The position numbers and the translations under genes were made by a program. DNA of 64,000 bases from the human T2T-CHM13v2.0 reference genome, Homo sapiens: NCBI RefSeq assembly GCF_009914755.1, contig NC_060926.1; one strand, written 5' to 3'. This document shows positions 25,621-37,585 of the stretch, piece by piece; position 1 is the first letter of the stretch; the number at the start of each line of letters is the position of its first letter. The notes under the pieces were generated by a model that worked only from the letters and a program-made list of their open reading frames with translations, was not told where the DNA came from and searched no databases.

Positions 25621-28007
25621 GTTAATTCTTACACTAAGATGCAGATATATCAGTAGTACTTCATATTTCTTGAGTGTATCAGATCATCAACTCCCTTAAA
25701 AAAACTGTTACTTTTTATGCAAGCCATAGCTGTTTTTTAAACATTAAAAGTATTAAAGTATTTTAGCTTGAGAAAAGAGGAATTAAAAAATGACAGAGTA
25801 CACCGTTCATTACTTTGCAATTGTAAAGCACTATATAATACAACCGAAGAATATACTCTTATTAACATGAGAAGTAAAGTGATGACTTTGGGCCTCTGAA
25901 CATTTGAGTCTCCCTCCTTAATCCATGTAAGCCCTCTATTTTACATTTTTCATCAGACCTATAAAATAGACTCAGACTCATACATAAAATATTTCTTAGC
26001 AAAGCCATGTAATGCTTGTGTAAGTGCATTTCATAAGAAGAAAATAAATTTTAAATTGTATTCTAAGTATTGGTTGTTACAAAGTATTAACTACAGAACT
26101 CAAAGGTGATGTAAATTTAAATAAACTTTGATATAGATTTTTAATTCATGACTATCTTATGAATTATTATTTATGACTCAGATGCCTCAGTCATAAATTT
26201 TTAAATGACCTGTTTCTTGAAGAAAGTTTATTTTGAATAGAATATATCAATCTTCTAAAAATTAACAAGTATGTATTATGTGGTAAATCTGTATAAAATA
26301 AAAGAGAAGTATCATAAAAATGATAGTGTTTTTACATTTTCTGATTAATATAACCATCAATTATTTATTGATAAAGCAATTTCCTGTGTTTTCACTTCTA
26401 ATGCATGGCATGAAAATTTAACCTTTCATTTCCTGCTTGTTTATGTAACTGTTAATTCACTATTATGTTTCCATTTTTCCATTACAAGTTAAATTTAAAA
26501 ATAACACAATATAAAAAACATTTTATCAGAATATTTAATAGGAATATATTTAATCAATATATCTTTTTAAAATCTAAATAATCTACAGGTTACCTCAGAT
26601 ATTTTATCTATGATATCTTCATAGGGGATTCTCAAATAATTATTTCATTGTCTTATCAACTAGGTCCAAATACCTATATTTAAGTTTTAAGAAAAAAAAA
26701 TTGTTGCAAAGAGATTAATCTTGCAGAAAAAAAATCACCCTACTGAAAATATGAAAAATAACAGCTGGTAAGACAGTTAAGAAATACTCTGAGGTCACAG
26801 ACTAAGTAAATGCAGGAAACCAGAGGACTAAAAGGAGCACTATTTCATGCTTACATCTTGTAGATGTTGCTGAATAAGGTGAAACCGAGTTCTGTTTTGA
26901 AGGCCTTCTGGGAATGGGGTCAAGAGATAAAACCAAAGGCCTACATGAGGAAACCACTTGACTCTCCCCATGTCATGACAACACCAAAGAGCTACATCAT
27001 GAGTGTAAAGTATGAACAAAAAATAAATCTCAATTGCAAGGAAACTGAGAAGAAAGTTACTGGTGAAAATTCATAATCACTAGCCCGCTCTGGCTACAGA
27101 GTTTTTAGCTTGTATATTTCTTACTGTGTAATCACTAATAAAATGATTAAAAACAAAAATTTTAAAGCAGACAAAACTACAAACAACCAAGTAAAAACTC
27201 AAGCTAACAATTTACTTTAAATTAGTTCTATGATGCAGTTACCTTGGAAGAGGTTCTACAAAGCTCTAAATGAATGCTTCTTTAGGTCATTAGCCAAGAC
27301 CTCAGATAATTCCCATTTATAAATTCATGAGTAATATGATCTTATACATTAAAAAATAATCAGCCAATCAGTGAACTCATAATAAAACAAGTCATCATGA
27401 GTAAGGGCCCACAAAAATAAGAGAATAAGCACTATAAAGACTTCAGATGGTAAAATTATTTAGCAAAAAATACAAAATACTATTTCATAGGCTAAAATAA
27501 ACAAAAGAGAATAAAAATGACTACAAAAGCAATCAATTATAAAATAGCCAAGGATATTTGAATAAAAATGTAGTTTATTTAGATATGAAAAATATTGCTT
27601 TTTATATGTAAAATCAAGTGGCAGATTAGTGTTGATGACAGAATCAGTGAACTGGAAAATAAATCAATAGGAATCATAGAGTCTAGTAAAAAAATAGAAA
27701 AAGATGGAAAACAGAGAAAAGTTAAGAGCAATGGAGGCTGGACTGATGATGAAAAATCTAATTGAATGACAGAAGGTAAAGAAACAATGTATTAAAAGAA
27801 ATGTTTTAAAAAATGACTGAGAATTTTTTATAATTGATGAAAAACATAAATCTATAGAATCAGGAATCCCAAGCAAATCTGAGGAGGATACATACAAAGA
27901 ACTTTATCCTTAGGCATGTTAAACTGAAATTGTAGAATTTACTAATAAAATATATTACTTGAAAAGTTCTTTAAAAAATTCAGAGCAAAATAATTCAGAT
28001 TACCCAT

Positions 28008-28375
28008 TGATATGGTTTGGTTGTGTCCCCACCCAAATCTCATCTAGAACTCTGGCTCCCATAATCCCCACATGTTGTGGGAGGGACCAGGTGGAGATAA
28101 TTATGGGGGCTGTTACCTCCATGCTGTTCTCATGATAGTGAGCAAGTTCTGACGAGATCTGATCGTTTTATAAGGGGATTTTGTCCCCTTTCGCTCTGCA
28201 CTTCTTGCTGCTGCCATGTGAATAAGGACGTGTTTGCTTACCCTTCTGCCATGATTGTAAGTTTCCTGAGGCCTCCCCAGCCATGTGAAATTGTGAGTCA
28301 ATTAAACTTCTTTCCTTTATAAATTACCCAGTCTTGGGTATATCTTCATTAGCAGCATGAAAACAGACTAATACA
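28008..28375 (+). mobile_element. THE1 (MaLR, THE1B/C-like) solo LTR
   Basis: 'tgatatggtttggttgtgtccccacccaaatctcatc...acagactaataca'; perfect 5-bp TSD cccat at 28003-28007 and 28376-28380. Confidence 0.95.
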
Positions 28376-28384
28376 CCCATAGAT

Positions 28385-28513
28385 AGAAAGATCACATAGT
28401 TTATTATCTAATCCAGCACTTTGAGGAGTGAAAGGGAAAGAACCAGTCATTACTTCAGGAAAACTGGCATAAACTGGAGTTGTCCTAGGAAAACTGGACT
28501 CTGGTGATCTCCT
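28385..28513 (+). mobile_element. MER94-like hAT-Blackjack element
   Basis: 'gagtgaaaggg...aaactggcataaactggagttgtcctaggaaaactggactctggtgatc' follows the recalled MER94 layout. Confidence 0.55.
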
Positions 28514-29301
28514 CTATAAAAACGACAGTAAGACAGACAGTAATTTCTCCATTGTAAAAATAAAAGCAAAATAAGACAGAATTATATCTTCAGAGTATGG
28601 TGAATACATAGCTATTGGTCTAAAAGATTTTATGAACAAAAGGAAAATAAAGCATTTTAAACCAAAGAAAACTAAACATCAGCATACCCTCACTAAAGCA
28701 AAGTGAAGACCAATAAGCATTGAAAATAATTTTAGACATAAAAATGATAGTCATTAAAAGTAAGATAAAACTACCACATGTGACCAAAAAGTATAAAATA
28801 TGAAACTGAGTTTATACAGTTAGTGTTTTAAGTTATTCATTATTAGAGAAGGAATTAAAAATATGGATTAAATTTTGACATCTGTCAATTAGACATTTTA
28901 AAATTTCTTAGATGGCCATTAAAGTTACAGAAATTGACAGTACAATTTTTAATCTAGCAGAACAGACCAAGGAAAATATAGAATCTTGTAAAATAAGGCA
29001 TATGAAATATGACAATACAAAAAGGACAAAGTAGAATAATTAAATCTAAGCTTATTAATACTTGAAATATAGATGAAAAAATGATCTAGTTAGGTGACAA
29101 GATGATCAGAACAAATTTTAAGAAAACATCTAGCTGCTCGCTATCAATAGGAGACATTTCTAAAGCCTGAGACTAAAGACATGTTGAAAGAAAAACCATA
29201 GAACAAATATGCTAGACAGATACTTATTGCAAGTGTTTTTGTATTAATCATAGACAAAATAAACTTTAAATCCAAAAAGCACTATTTGAAAGACAGCTAT
29301 C

Positions 29302-29382
29302 TGGGAGGCTGAAGTGGGAGGATCACTTGAGCCCAGGTGTTCAAGGCCAGCCAAAGCAACATGAGACCCTGTCTCTTAAAAA
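29302..29382 (+). mobile_element. FLAM/AluJ monomer fragment
   Basis: 'tgggaggctgaagtgggaggatcacttgagcccaggtgttcaaggccagcc...gagaccctgtctc'. Confidence 0.8.
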
Positions 29383-29914
29383 GTAATTAATATACTTTAC
29401 TACATTAACACACTAAAAGAAATAAATCATGCCACTTTCAAGTGATGCACAGAAAATACTGGATACATTCAACATCTACTTTTTATGTTAATAACACTGT
29501 AGCAAAAAAAGGAGTGGAAAGGAATTTCTCTAAACAGATAAAATTACCTACAAGAAACTACAATTATTACCTTTAATGAAGAACTCTAAAAATGTATTCT
29601 GTATAAGATCAGACACAAGATATGTTTTTTCCTTCTACCAAAGGCATTTAAATTCTATTCAGAATATTTTACCTAGCACCATAAAGCAAAACCAAAAACA
29701 AAACAAAAAGAACTATTTAAGAGTATATGAAGGGAAAAAATAAGCCTGTCATTATTTGCAAATGATATGTCTATGTAGAAAATCTGAAATAAACTAGTTT
29801 AATGATCACAATAAATATGATAGTTTACCAGGATTGAGATTAAAAATATGTATACAAAAATCATATGTTTCTATAGACAAACAGCAACTATTTATAAACT
29901 ATAATAATGCTAAC

Positions 29915-30088
29915 AATGTGAGGAAAGCATGAGAATGTGCCCATCTGCAAGCCAAGGAGAGAGGCCGCCGAATAAACCAACTCTGCCTTTAGACTTTCCA
30001 GCCTCCAGAATAGTGAGAAAATAAATTCCTGGTTTTTAAGATCCTTGATCTGTAATATTTTGTTACAGCAGTTCTAACAAACTAATAC
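29915..30088 (+). mobile_element. MLT1 (MLT1B/C-like) LTR 3' half
   Basis: 'catctgcaagccaaggagagaggcc...ccagcctccagaatagtgagaaaataaattc...aaactaatac'. Confidence 0.8.
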
Positions 30089-30565
30089 GTATGGTAATTA
30101 TCAAACTTTTTCTTAGGAACTGCCAAACTCTGTTCTATAGTGGCTGCAGCATTTTGTATTCCCATTGACTGACTCTTAAGGTGCAGTTTCATCATTCGTA
30201 GGATTCCTAGCATATAGTGAATATTTATTTTTAGTTCTTAATATCATTGTTCAGTGTTATTCAAGGAACATTAATTTTGGATATACATAATATGATATAG
30301 TTACATAGCCAACATTCATTATATATTTTCTCCTAGATTTTTAATAAAGCAAACACACATTAGTTTTTTTTTTTTCACTTTCCACCATAGTATTTAACTA
30401 AAGTCATAACAACAGTATGTAAGATGGGTCTTTATTCTGAACAATGTTGTAACCATTTTGCATGTATTCACTTAATTCAAAAAGCTCTTAAAAGGTGATC
30501 AATAAAAAGTAACCTTAAAGTAAATTTGTGAAAGATATAAAAAAACCTTTAAAAATATAACATGT

Positions 30566-30871
30566 GCCAGGCGAGGTGGCTCACGCTTGTAATCCGAGCA
30601 CTTTGGGAGGCAGAGGCGGGCAGATCATGAAGTCAGGAGATTGAGACCACGGTGAAACCCCATCTCTAATAAAAATACAAAAAATTAGCCGGGTGTGGTG
30701 GTGGGCGCCTGTAGTCCCAGCTACTGGGAGAGGCTGAGGCAGGAGAATGCTGTGAAGCCAGGAGGTGGAAGGCGGAGTTTGCAGTGAGCCGAGATCACGC
30801 CACTGCACTCCAGCCTGGGCGACAGAGCGAGACTCCATCTCAAAAAATAATAATAATAATAAAATAAAAAA
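30566..30871 (+). mobile_element. AluY, Yd-lineage-like (12-bp left-arm deletion)
   Basis: 'gagaccacggtgaaaccc' lacks tcctggctaaca; 16-bp TSD taaaaatataacatgt at 30550-30565 and 30872-30887. Confidence 0.85.
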
Positions 30872-31139
30872 TAAAAATATAACATGTACTGAAGAAAATT
30901 AAAGAGGCTGTAGCAAATATGGAGAAACACTTCAAATGTATGGATTGAGACTATATATATATTATGTAAATTCTTCCCAAGATCGTCTATCATTCCAAGC
31001 AACACTACCTGAAATCCCAACAGATGTATGTGTGTGTATGTGTGTGAGTGTTTAACTTGAAAAACTGATTCTAAAATTTATATTAAAGTGCAAGGATAAA
31101 AAAAACCATGGTGCACCTAAATTAAAAAAAAAAAAGATA

Positions 31140-31577
31140 CTTTTAGTTTGATGTAGCCCCGCTTGTTTATTTTTTCTTTGTTGCCTGAGATTTTGCTGTG
31201 ATAGTCATAAAAATCATTGCCAAGGCCAAAGTCAAGAAGCTTATCCTCTATGATTTCTTCCAGGAGTTTTACAGTTTCAGAGATTGCATTTAAGTCTTTC
31301 ATCCACTTTGTGTTGATTTTTGTGGATTGTGTAAGATAAGGATCCAGTTTCATTCTTTTGCCTGTAGATAATCCAGTTTTCCTGAAACAATTTATTAGAG
31401 ATTATCTTTTTTCTCATTGTGTATTCTTGGTGCTTTTCTCAAAGTTTAGTAGATGGTGTGTTTCTCGGGTTTTATGTCTATGATCTATATTATATTCCAT
31501 TGGCCTATGTGTCTTTTTTTATGCCAGTACCATACCCTTTTGATTACTGCAGCTTTGCAACATAATTTAAAATCAGA
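31140..31577 (-). mobile_element. Inverted ORF2 segment of an L1MA element
   Basis: minus ORF 31117-31353 (KLDPYLT...KINTKWMKDLN...YIKLK); extends back to a PDFK-like motif near 31575. Confidence 0.85.
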
Positions 31578-32715
31578 AAAATCTTCTGCCTACCGAAGGA
31601 AACAATCAAGAAAATAAAAAAGGCAACCTACAGACTGAAAATTTATTTGCAAACCATATATCTAATAAGGGGTTAATTTCTAAAGTATACAAGGAACTCA
31701 CACACTCAATAACAAAAATATCTGATTATAAAATGAGATGATTAGAAAAGGATCTGAATCAACATCTTCCAAAGAAGAAATAAAAATGGCCAACAGTTAT
31801 ATGAAAATGTGCTCAATATCACTAACCATCAGAGAAATGCAAATGAAAACCACAGTAAGGTTGGTTAGGATGACCATGATAAAGAAGATAAGAGATAAAT
31901 GTTGGCTTTGTTGTGAAGAAAAGGGAACCTTTGTACACTGTTGGTGGGAATGTAAATTGCTACAGCCTTTATGGAGAACAGTATGGAGAGTCCTCAACAA
32001 GCTAAAAATAGAACTAACATACAATCCAGCAATCCTTTTTCTGGGTATGTATGCAAAGGAAATAAAATCAGTACCTTGCAGACACATCTGCACTCCCATG
32101 TCCATTATAGCACTATTCACAATAGCCAAAATATGGAAACAACCTAAGTGTCTGTCAACAGATGAATGGGTAAAGACATTGTTATATATATCACTAATCT
32201 CTCTCTCTCCATATATGTGTGTGTGTGTATATGTGTATCTATATATACATAACATATATGGAATATTCAACTTTGAAAAAGAAGGTCCTGTCATTTGTGA
32301 CAACATATATGAATCTGGAGGACATTATGCTAAGTGAAATAAGCCAGACCCAGATAGAAAAATACTGAATGACCTCACTTATATGTGGAGTCTAACAAAA
32401 TTAAATACACAGAAATAGAGTGTTGAACTGTGGTTATCAAGGGCTTGGAGGGGAGAGTTATGGGGAGATGTTGGTCAAAAGTAGGAAGTTGTAGTTATAT
32501 AGAATGATTAAGTCTAGAGATCAATGTACAGCCTGATCATTATAGTTAATAATGTATAATGAAAATTTGCTAGGAGTGTAGATTTCAGTTGCTTATACTA
32601 CAAAAAAAAACTATGTGAGGAGATGGTTATGTTAATTTGCTTGACTATAGTAATAATTTCACTATGTATATATACATCAAAATGGCATGCTTTACACTGT
32701 ATATATACACACACA
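31578..32715 (+). mobile_element. L1MA (MA7/8-like) ORF2 end plus 3' UTR
   Basis: ORF 31738-32337 has [17 protein letters not shown] and [15 protein letters not shown]; 3' UTR 'tatgtgaggagatggttatgttaatttgcttgact'. Confidence 0.85.
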
Positions 32716-32913
32716 CAATATTACAAAAAGGAAGAATAACTTGACTTACATGGCAAAGGCATAAATATGTAATAATTAAGAGTGCAGAATTAGTACAATC
32801 AAAGACACATAAGGAAATACAAAATAGAGAATCTGAACAGAGGACTGTGTATGTATGGATACTTGACATAGAACAGAGGTGTTATTGCAGAAAAACTGGA
32901 AAAGGACAAACTC

Positions 32914-33328
32914 CATGGTGTGTAAGAGCTGGCCTGCTCTGGCTTGTGAGAGATAATTACAAAATTTTCAGGAATGTGTAAGTCAATTATTAAACATACT
33001 AATTAAAAATTAAATTATATAAATAAGCAATAAATTATACTAAAACCAAAGTTAATAAATACTTAAAACCTAACTTTCTACTTATTTGGCTGTATTTTAC
33101 TATTATATATGTTTTGATGTCATTTACCTCTCTTGTATTTGCATGGTAAAAATAATAGATAATGGTATATCACTGTTCATCATTGCTCGACTGTTTCATC
33201 GATGTCATGTTAATATATTGAAATCAGCATTGTTAGGTGGATTTACACCATTGAAATTGGCAAACACTACAATAAGGTATTTTCCCCTCTGGCAAGTCAG
33301 TTGTTAAACATTTAATAGCACAGCACTG
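32914..33328 (+). mobile_element. MER63B-like hAT-Blackjack DNA transposon
   Basis: 'aaaattttcaggaat...attaaaaattaaattatataaa...tttacaccattgaaattggcaaacactaca...gttgttaaacatttaatagcacagcactg'. Confidence 0.75.
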
Positions 33329-34279
33329 GACAGCCCTTTTCTGTAAGTGGTGCTGAGACAAATGGACAAGCTTATGAAAATGATTAATTTGGCTCACTAT
33401 CACTATGTCACATTATATGCAATATCTTTGTGGAATAAAAACCTAAAAGTAAGTGATAAACATTAAAATTCTTTTGAAGATCTCAAGTCCTCAGTATAAG
33501 GATTTATGAAACAAAACACAAGCACTGACTATAATGCAAATCTGATAGACTCAATTGCAGTGCAGTTAAAACTAGTTCACAAATACTACAATGATTAGTG
33601 ACAGAGTAAGAGAAGATACTTACAAAAATCTACATGAACAAAAGAAATGACAGAGGATGGGATGAGGAAGGATCACAAAGAAGACATATTTTTAAAATAT
33701 CTTGAATATTTAGAATTCAACAGCTCTCTGTGCAATGCCACTGTACAAAGGTATATATGATTAAGAGTTAATATTTTATTAAAAAAGAAATATTTTCATT
33801 AAGTCTTCTTCAATGACGTACTAACTAATGAATAAGTGTGCTTAAACCCAAAGGACTCATAAACATCTACTAAGCGGGGGAAGAAATCTAATATGCTGAA
33901 ATGCTGATAACTATTCATGTAATTCACAATGTACTCTTCACAAATTAGAGAAGGGTTGCTGTGACTTCTTAATGAAATGTTACTATGTTTTAGATATCGG
34001 AAACAGACAGTTGGGGAAAAAGAGCTACGGGTAAATGTTGAATATACTTATCCTGACTTCTATTCATGATTTAACTAAATCCGGTTTCCTTAGGAGGAGA
34101 ATTTGAATATATGTGTATTTTTCCCTAAATCCTTTTACTCTAGTGTAATAAAATACAAGTGTGTATGCAGATTCAGTTCATCACTGGGAATTGAAAATCT
34201 CTCATTTGCAAAGAGAGTAGGATGTGAAATGCTAGCAGTTTTCAGAGTTAAAATTCCTTAGAGAGGAACTAAGAGACAA

Positions 34280-34420
34280 AGAATTTAAGAACTGTAAAAG
34301 ACCTTAGGGATAATCTCTTTTAATCACTCCTGTTACAGATGCCAAACCTTGTCTGCAAAGATGAAGTTACTTACCCAACGTCACCTAGCTAGCCAGTGAC
34401 AATGTAATAGCCTTTGATAT
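34280..34420 (-). mobile_element. MIR fragment
   Basis: 'ttacagatg...aagttacttacccaacgtcacctagctag'. Confidence 0.5.
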
Positions 34421-34849
34421 GAACCAGTGCATTTCAATGTTAGAGTTACAAATGAATAACTTGAATTCATGTCAGAATCTGATTCCCCAATGCAGTTTTT
34501 ACATGACTGATTTCTGTAAACATGTTTTAGAACAATATTATGTCTACAGTTAAAAACAGATAAGACCAATGCAATGGCCTGAAAGAATACAGCTTCTATT
34601 CTAGTTAAGCAACATAAAAGGATTCACCATTTCAGGACTCCTCAAAATAGATGAGTTAACATTTATTCTGCTGTGAAATATTATGTCTGAGGAATTTCAC
34701 CACAAAATACAAATTTAAAACATCATTGCATACAATCTGTACGAAGTATTTACAAGCCCCAGTAGCAAGTAGAATATTATGTGTCATGTGTGTACATGGG
34801 CCACTCTTTGCTTGATGGTGTATTTGCTAATTCAAATGCAAGGCTCATC

Positions 34850-35300
34850 ACTGCCCTTAGGGAGCTCAGTGTACTGTGAGGCCACAGTCAATACTGTAAT
34901 AGATGCTTACAGCAGAGCCTCCTGCTGCTGGGAAAGCTTGAGCCATAGGTCTTTCACCTATTCCTTGTTGAAGGCTGCCCTGGGGAGAGGGAAGATGAGT
35001 TGAGTTCTCTGAGAAAAAGTAGAGGTTAGCAGCTCAGCTTGGTTAGGATGGGAAAGGAAGATGCATTCCAGGCCCAGGTATCAGGAGGTTGAATGTGGCC
35101 AGAGCTCAGGGAACCTGGGAGCACGTGGAACAGTGGGAAGCTGGCACAAAAGGGCAGAGGGTAAACCATGAAGAGTCCTGTAGAGCATTTTAGATGATTC
35201 TGGTTTTTATTTCAAGAGCAAGAGGAAGTCATTAGTGTGTTTTAGATAATAAGAGTCCATGTCAAATATTCACTTAAAAATAATCACTCACAATCACTGT
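34850..35300 (-). mobile_element. L2 fragment
   Basis: 'gcattccaggcccagg', 'tggtttttatttcaagagcaagaggaagtcatt' and 'taaaaataatcactc' are antisense L2 motifs. Confidence 0.5.
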
Positions 35301-35957
35301 GAACTTGGAAAAAGTTACGTGCATCTATATCCTTGCTAATAAAATGATGAGTACCATATAAGATTCAGAGCAAAGACTATTACATAATGCTTAATCAATA
35401 AATGTAAATATATTTCTGGAATATTCTGAAATTTTAATTTCTGAGCAATAGTTTTAAAAACATTGTATTTAATCTCTTCTCCTTCTCTATCTGTCACCCG
35501 GACTGGGTGCCTAGCACAATACTCTGTTTCTGGTGAACCTCTGAAGATGCTGCTGATTGACTATTACTCAAACAATCAGTTCATCTGGGTTAAAATTCTT
35601 CGGTTAAAATATACAGATTGGTGTGCTTTTGATGAGCATTGTTCTCTCCTCAACCAACCTCCTCACTCTCCGCCCTCACCCCGCCCTCCACCACACATCT
35701 TTTCTCTTTTTAAAGAAGATTGACAGCTTCTTTAGGCACTGTTCTGCTCAATGAAGTAAATAGTTATATGGGTAATTCTTTGAAATGCCTGTGAAGTACA
35801 GTAGCAGTTTGAAGCCAACCTTTTTATTGGTAAATTATGCATTTACTAAATCTCTTCAAAACTGTCTGGTTCTTGGTTGCCAATAACTGCACTTCCTTTC
35901 CAGTGCTTTCAATTTCCCTGAAACACAGTGCTGTTCTGACAAGAGAACACAATTTGT

Positions 35958-36014
35958 AAAAAACAAAAAACAAAACAAAACAAAAAACAAAAAACAAACC
36001 AACCAAAACAAAAC
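35958..36014. repeat. (CAAAA)n-type simple repeat
   Basis: read directly. Confidence 0.85.
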
Positions 36015-37279
36015 CATACCCTGGTGCCTGTATTTTCTTTTACCCTGCCACCTTGTGAAAGGAACCTGAAACTGCAATTCCATCAATTCCAATTCATTTA
36101 ACAGTTTGTCAATAAATTTCCTGAACAAGATATCAGATTCTCAATAACTTCTGAAATTATTTTGTGCAGCAGTTTCCAAAACAGTGTCCCTGTTTACTGT
36201 ATTTACTAAGCAACAGGTCTTTAGGGGTCTTTCTATTTTACTGTGGACAACAGAGACTAGGAGCTGTAAGCAGACGAGGAGACCATATATCTCCTACAGG
36301 GGAATGCCTTGCTTCAGGGTCCTGCATATGAGGGGAACACCTTTCATACATCAAGGCTTAGGTTCAGGAACATGGGGTTTTTGGTATTGTTCTACTGAAA
36401 GATGTCTTAGAATTGCTCTTTAACCAAGAATACATTATTCGTATTTGAATTTAACAATCTAATTTTTCCTCTGAAGATATTCAGAATTAGATCTAGAAAC
36501 TAATGATATAATAAGAAAATATTGAGTATAACTTTGCATAGGCATTAGATTTTAAAAGGAGAAAGTTGTGTAGCTTTGTAATGAAAATAAGTAGCTAAGA
36601 GAGTTCAGAAATTTAAATGCTGTATTAAATTTGAATCCCATTTTCTACCTTTGTTTGTCTTGGAGGCAATCATTTAAAAATAGACTTTTAAAAGATATAT
36701 AGCCTCTAATTAACCTATATTTTTATTATGTGGATTCCAAGTACTTAGTTTTCAAAAATCTGTATATATTCCGAAGTGTTATAACAATGGGTCTTGGGCT
36801 TCAATTTTGTAAAATGGTTACAATTTACATCTCACTTTCAGAAAGCTTTTTAATGTTACATTTCTCCTTTCAACCCCCTGCTAAGTAAAATAAATGGATT
36901 CACATTAGGGTTCTGACCTGTTTTAAGTGTTCGCTTTCTGAAGTACTATTCTTTACATAGGCACTAATAATAGTTTTATATTTAAATTACCAAATAGTGA
37001 CTATGATTTACCATTAGCCAAATGATACTCTGAGTTTGTTAGACACTCCTTCAGTGTTGCATTAACTCCTTTAGTTATTACTCATTAAACCTCCATAATG
37101 TTGAAAATCACTAGAGGAAAAACATCTATTAGAAAGTTTCTTGATCTATTTTTTTTTTTATTATTTACTATAAGCACAGGTGCAATTTTGCCACAACTGA
37201 AGTCTTAATACATGACTTGAAGTAGAATAGAAGAGTCCTTGGTAGACATTATCTCCATCTTCCTGTCCCAGCATCATAA

Positions 37280-37585
37280 TGTAGGAAAATCCGGGTTCTT
37301 GTCACACGACCAGGAAAGATTAGGCTCGCAGACACTTTGAAGGGTGAGGGGGATGGAATTATTGGGCAAATAGGTAAAAGGAAAAACAATGCAGCAAAGC
37401 GATAGAGGGGTTCCTGTTAACAGACCCTCATCTCCCAGATTGAATCCCAGGTTCCCACAGGGGAACAGGAGGGCCAGGCTCCTCCCCTCTGCAAATGGCA
37501 GGAACTTCCATGGCTCCACCCTGTTCTCCCAGTGCGCAGATTTGTTGGAGGTTCTCCGGGGACCCGTTTATACTTGGCTGTCTCA
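37280..37585 (-). mobile_element. MER61/MER48-like ERV1 solo LTR
   Basis: minus strand starts 'tgagacagccaagtataaacgggtccccggagaacctcc' and ends 'gtcgtgtgacaagaacccggattttcctaca'. Confidence 0.7.

Larger units (their letters stand above)
26700..33660 (+). mobile_element. Highly decayed ancient L1M (ORF1 to ORF2 remnants) hosting several nested insertions
   Basis: A-rich strand bias; L1-like remnants such as 'ctgtcattatttgcaaatgatatg...gtagaaaatc' and 'aaactgattctaaaatttatat'; boundaries approximate. Confidence 0.5.
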
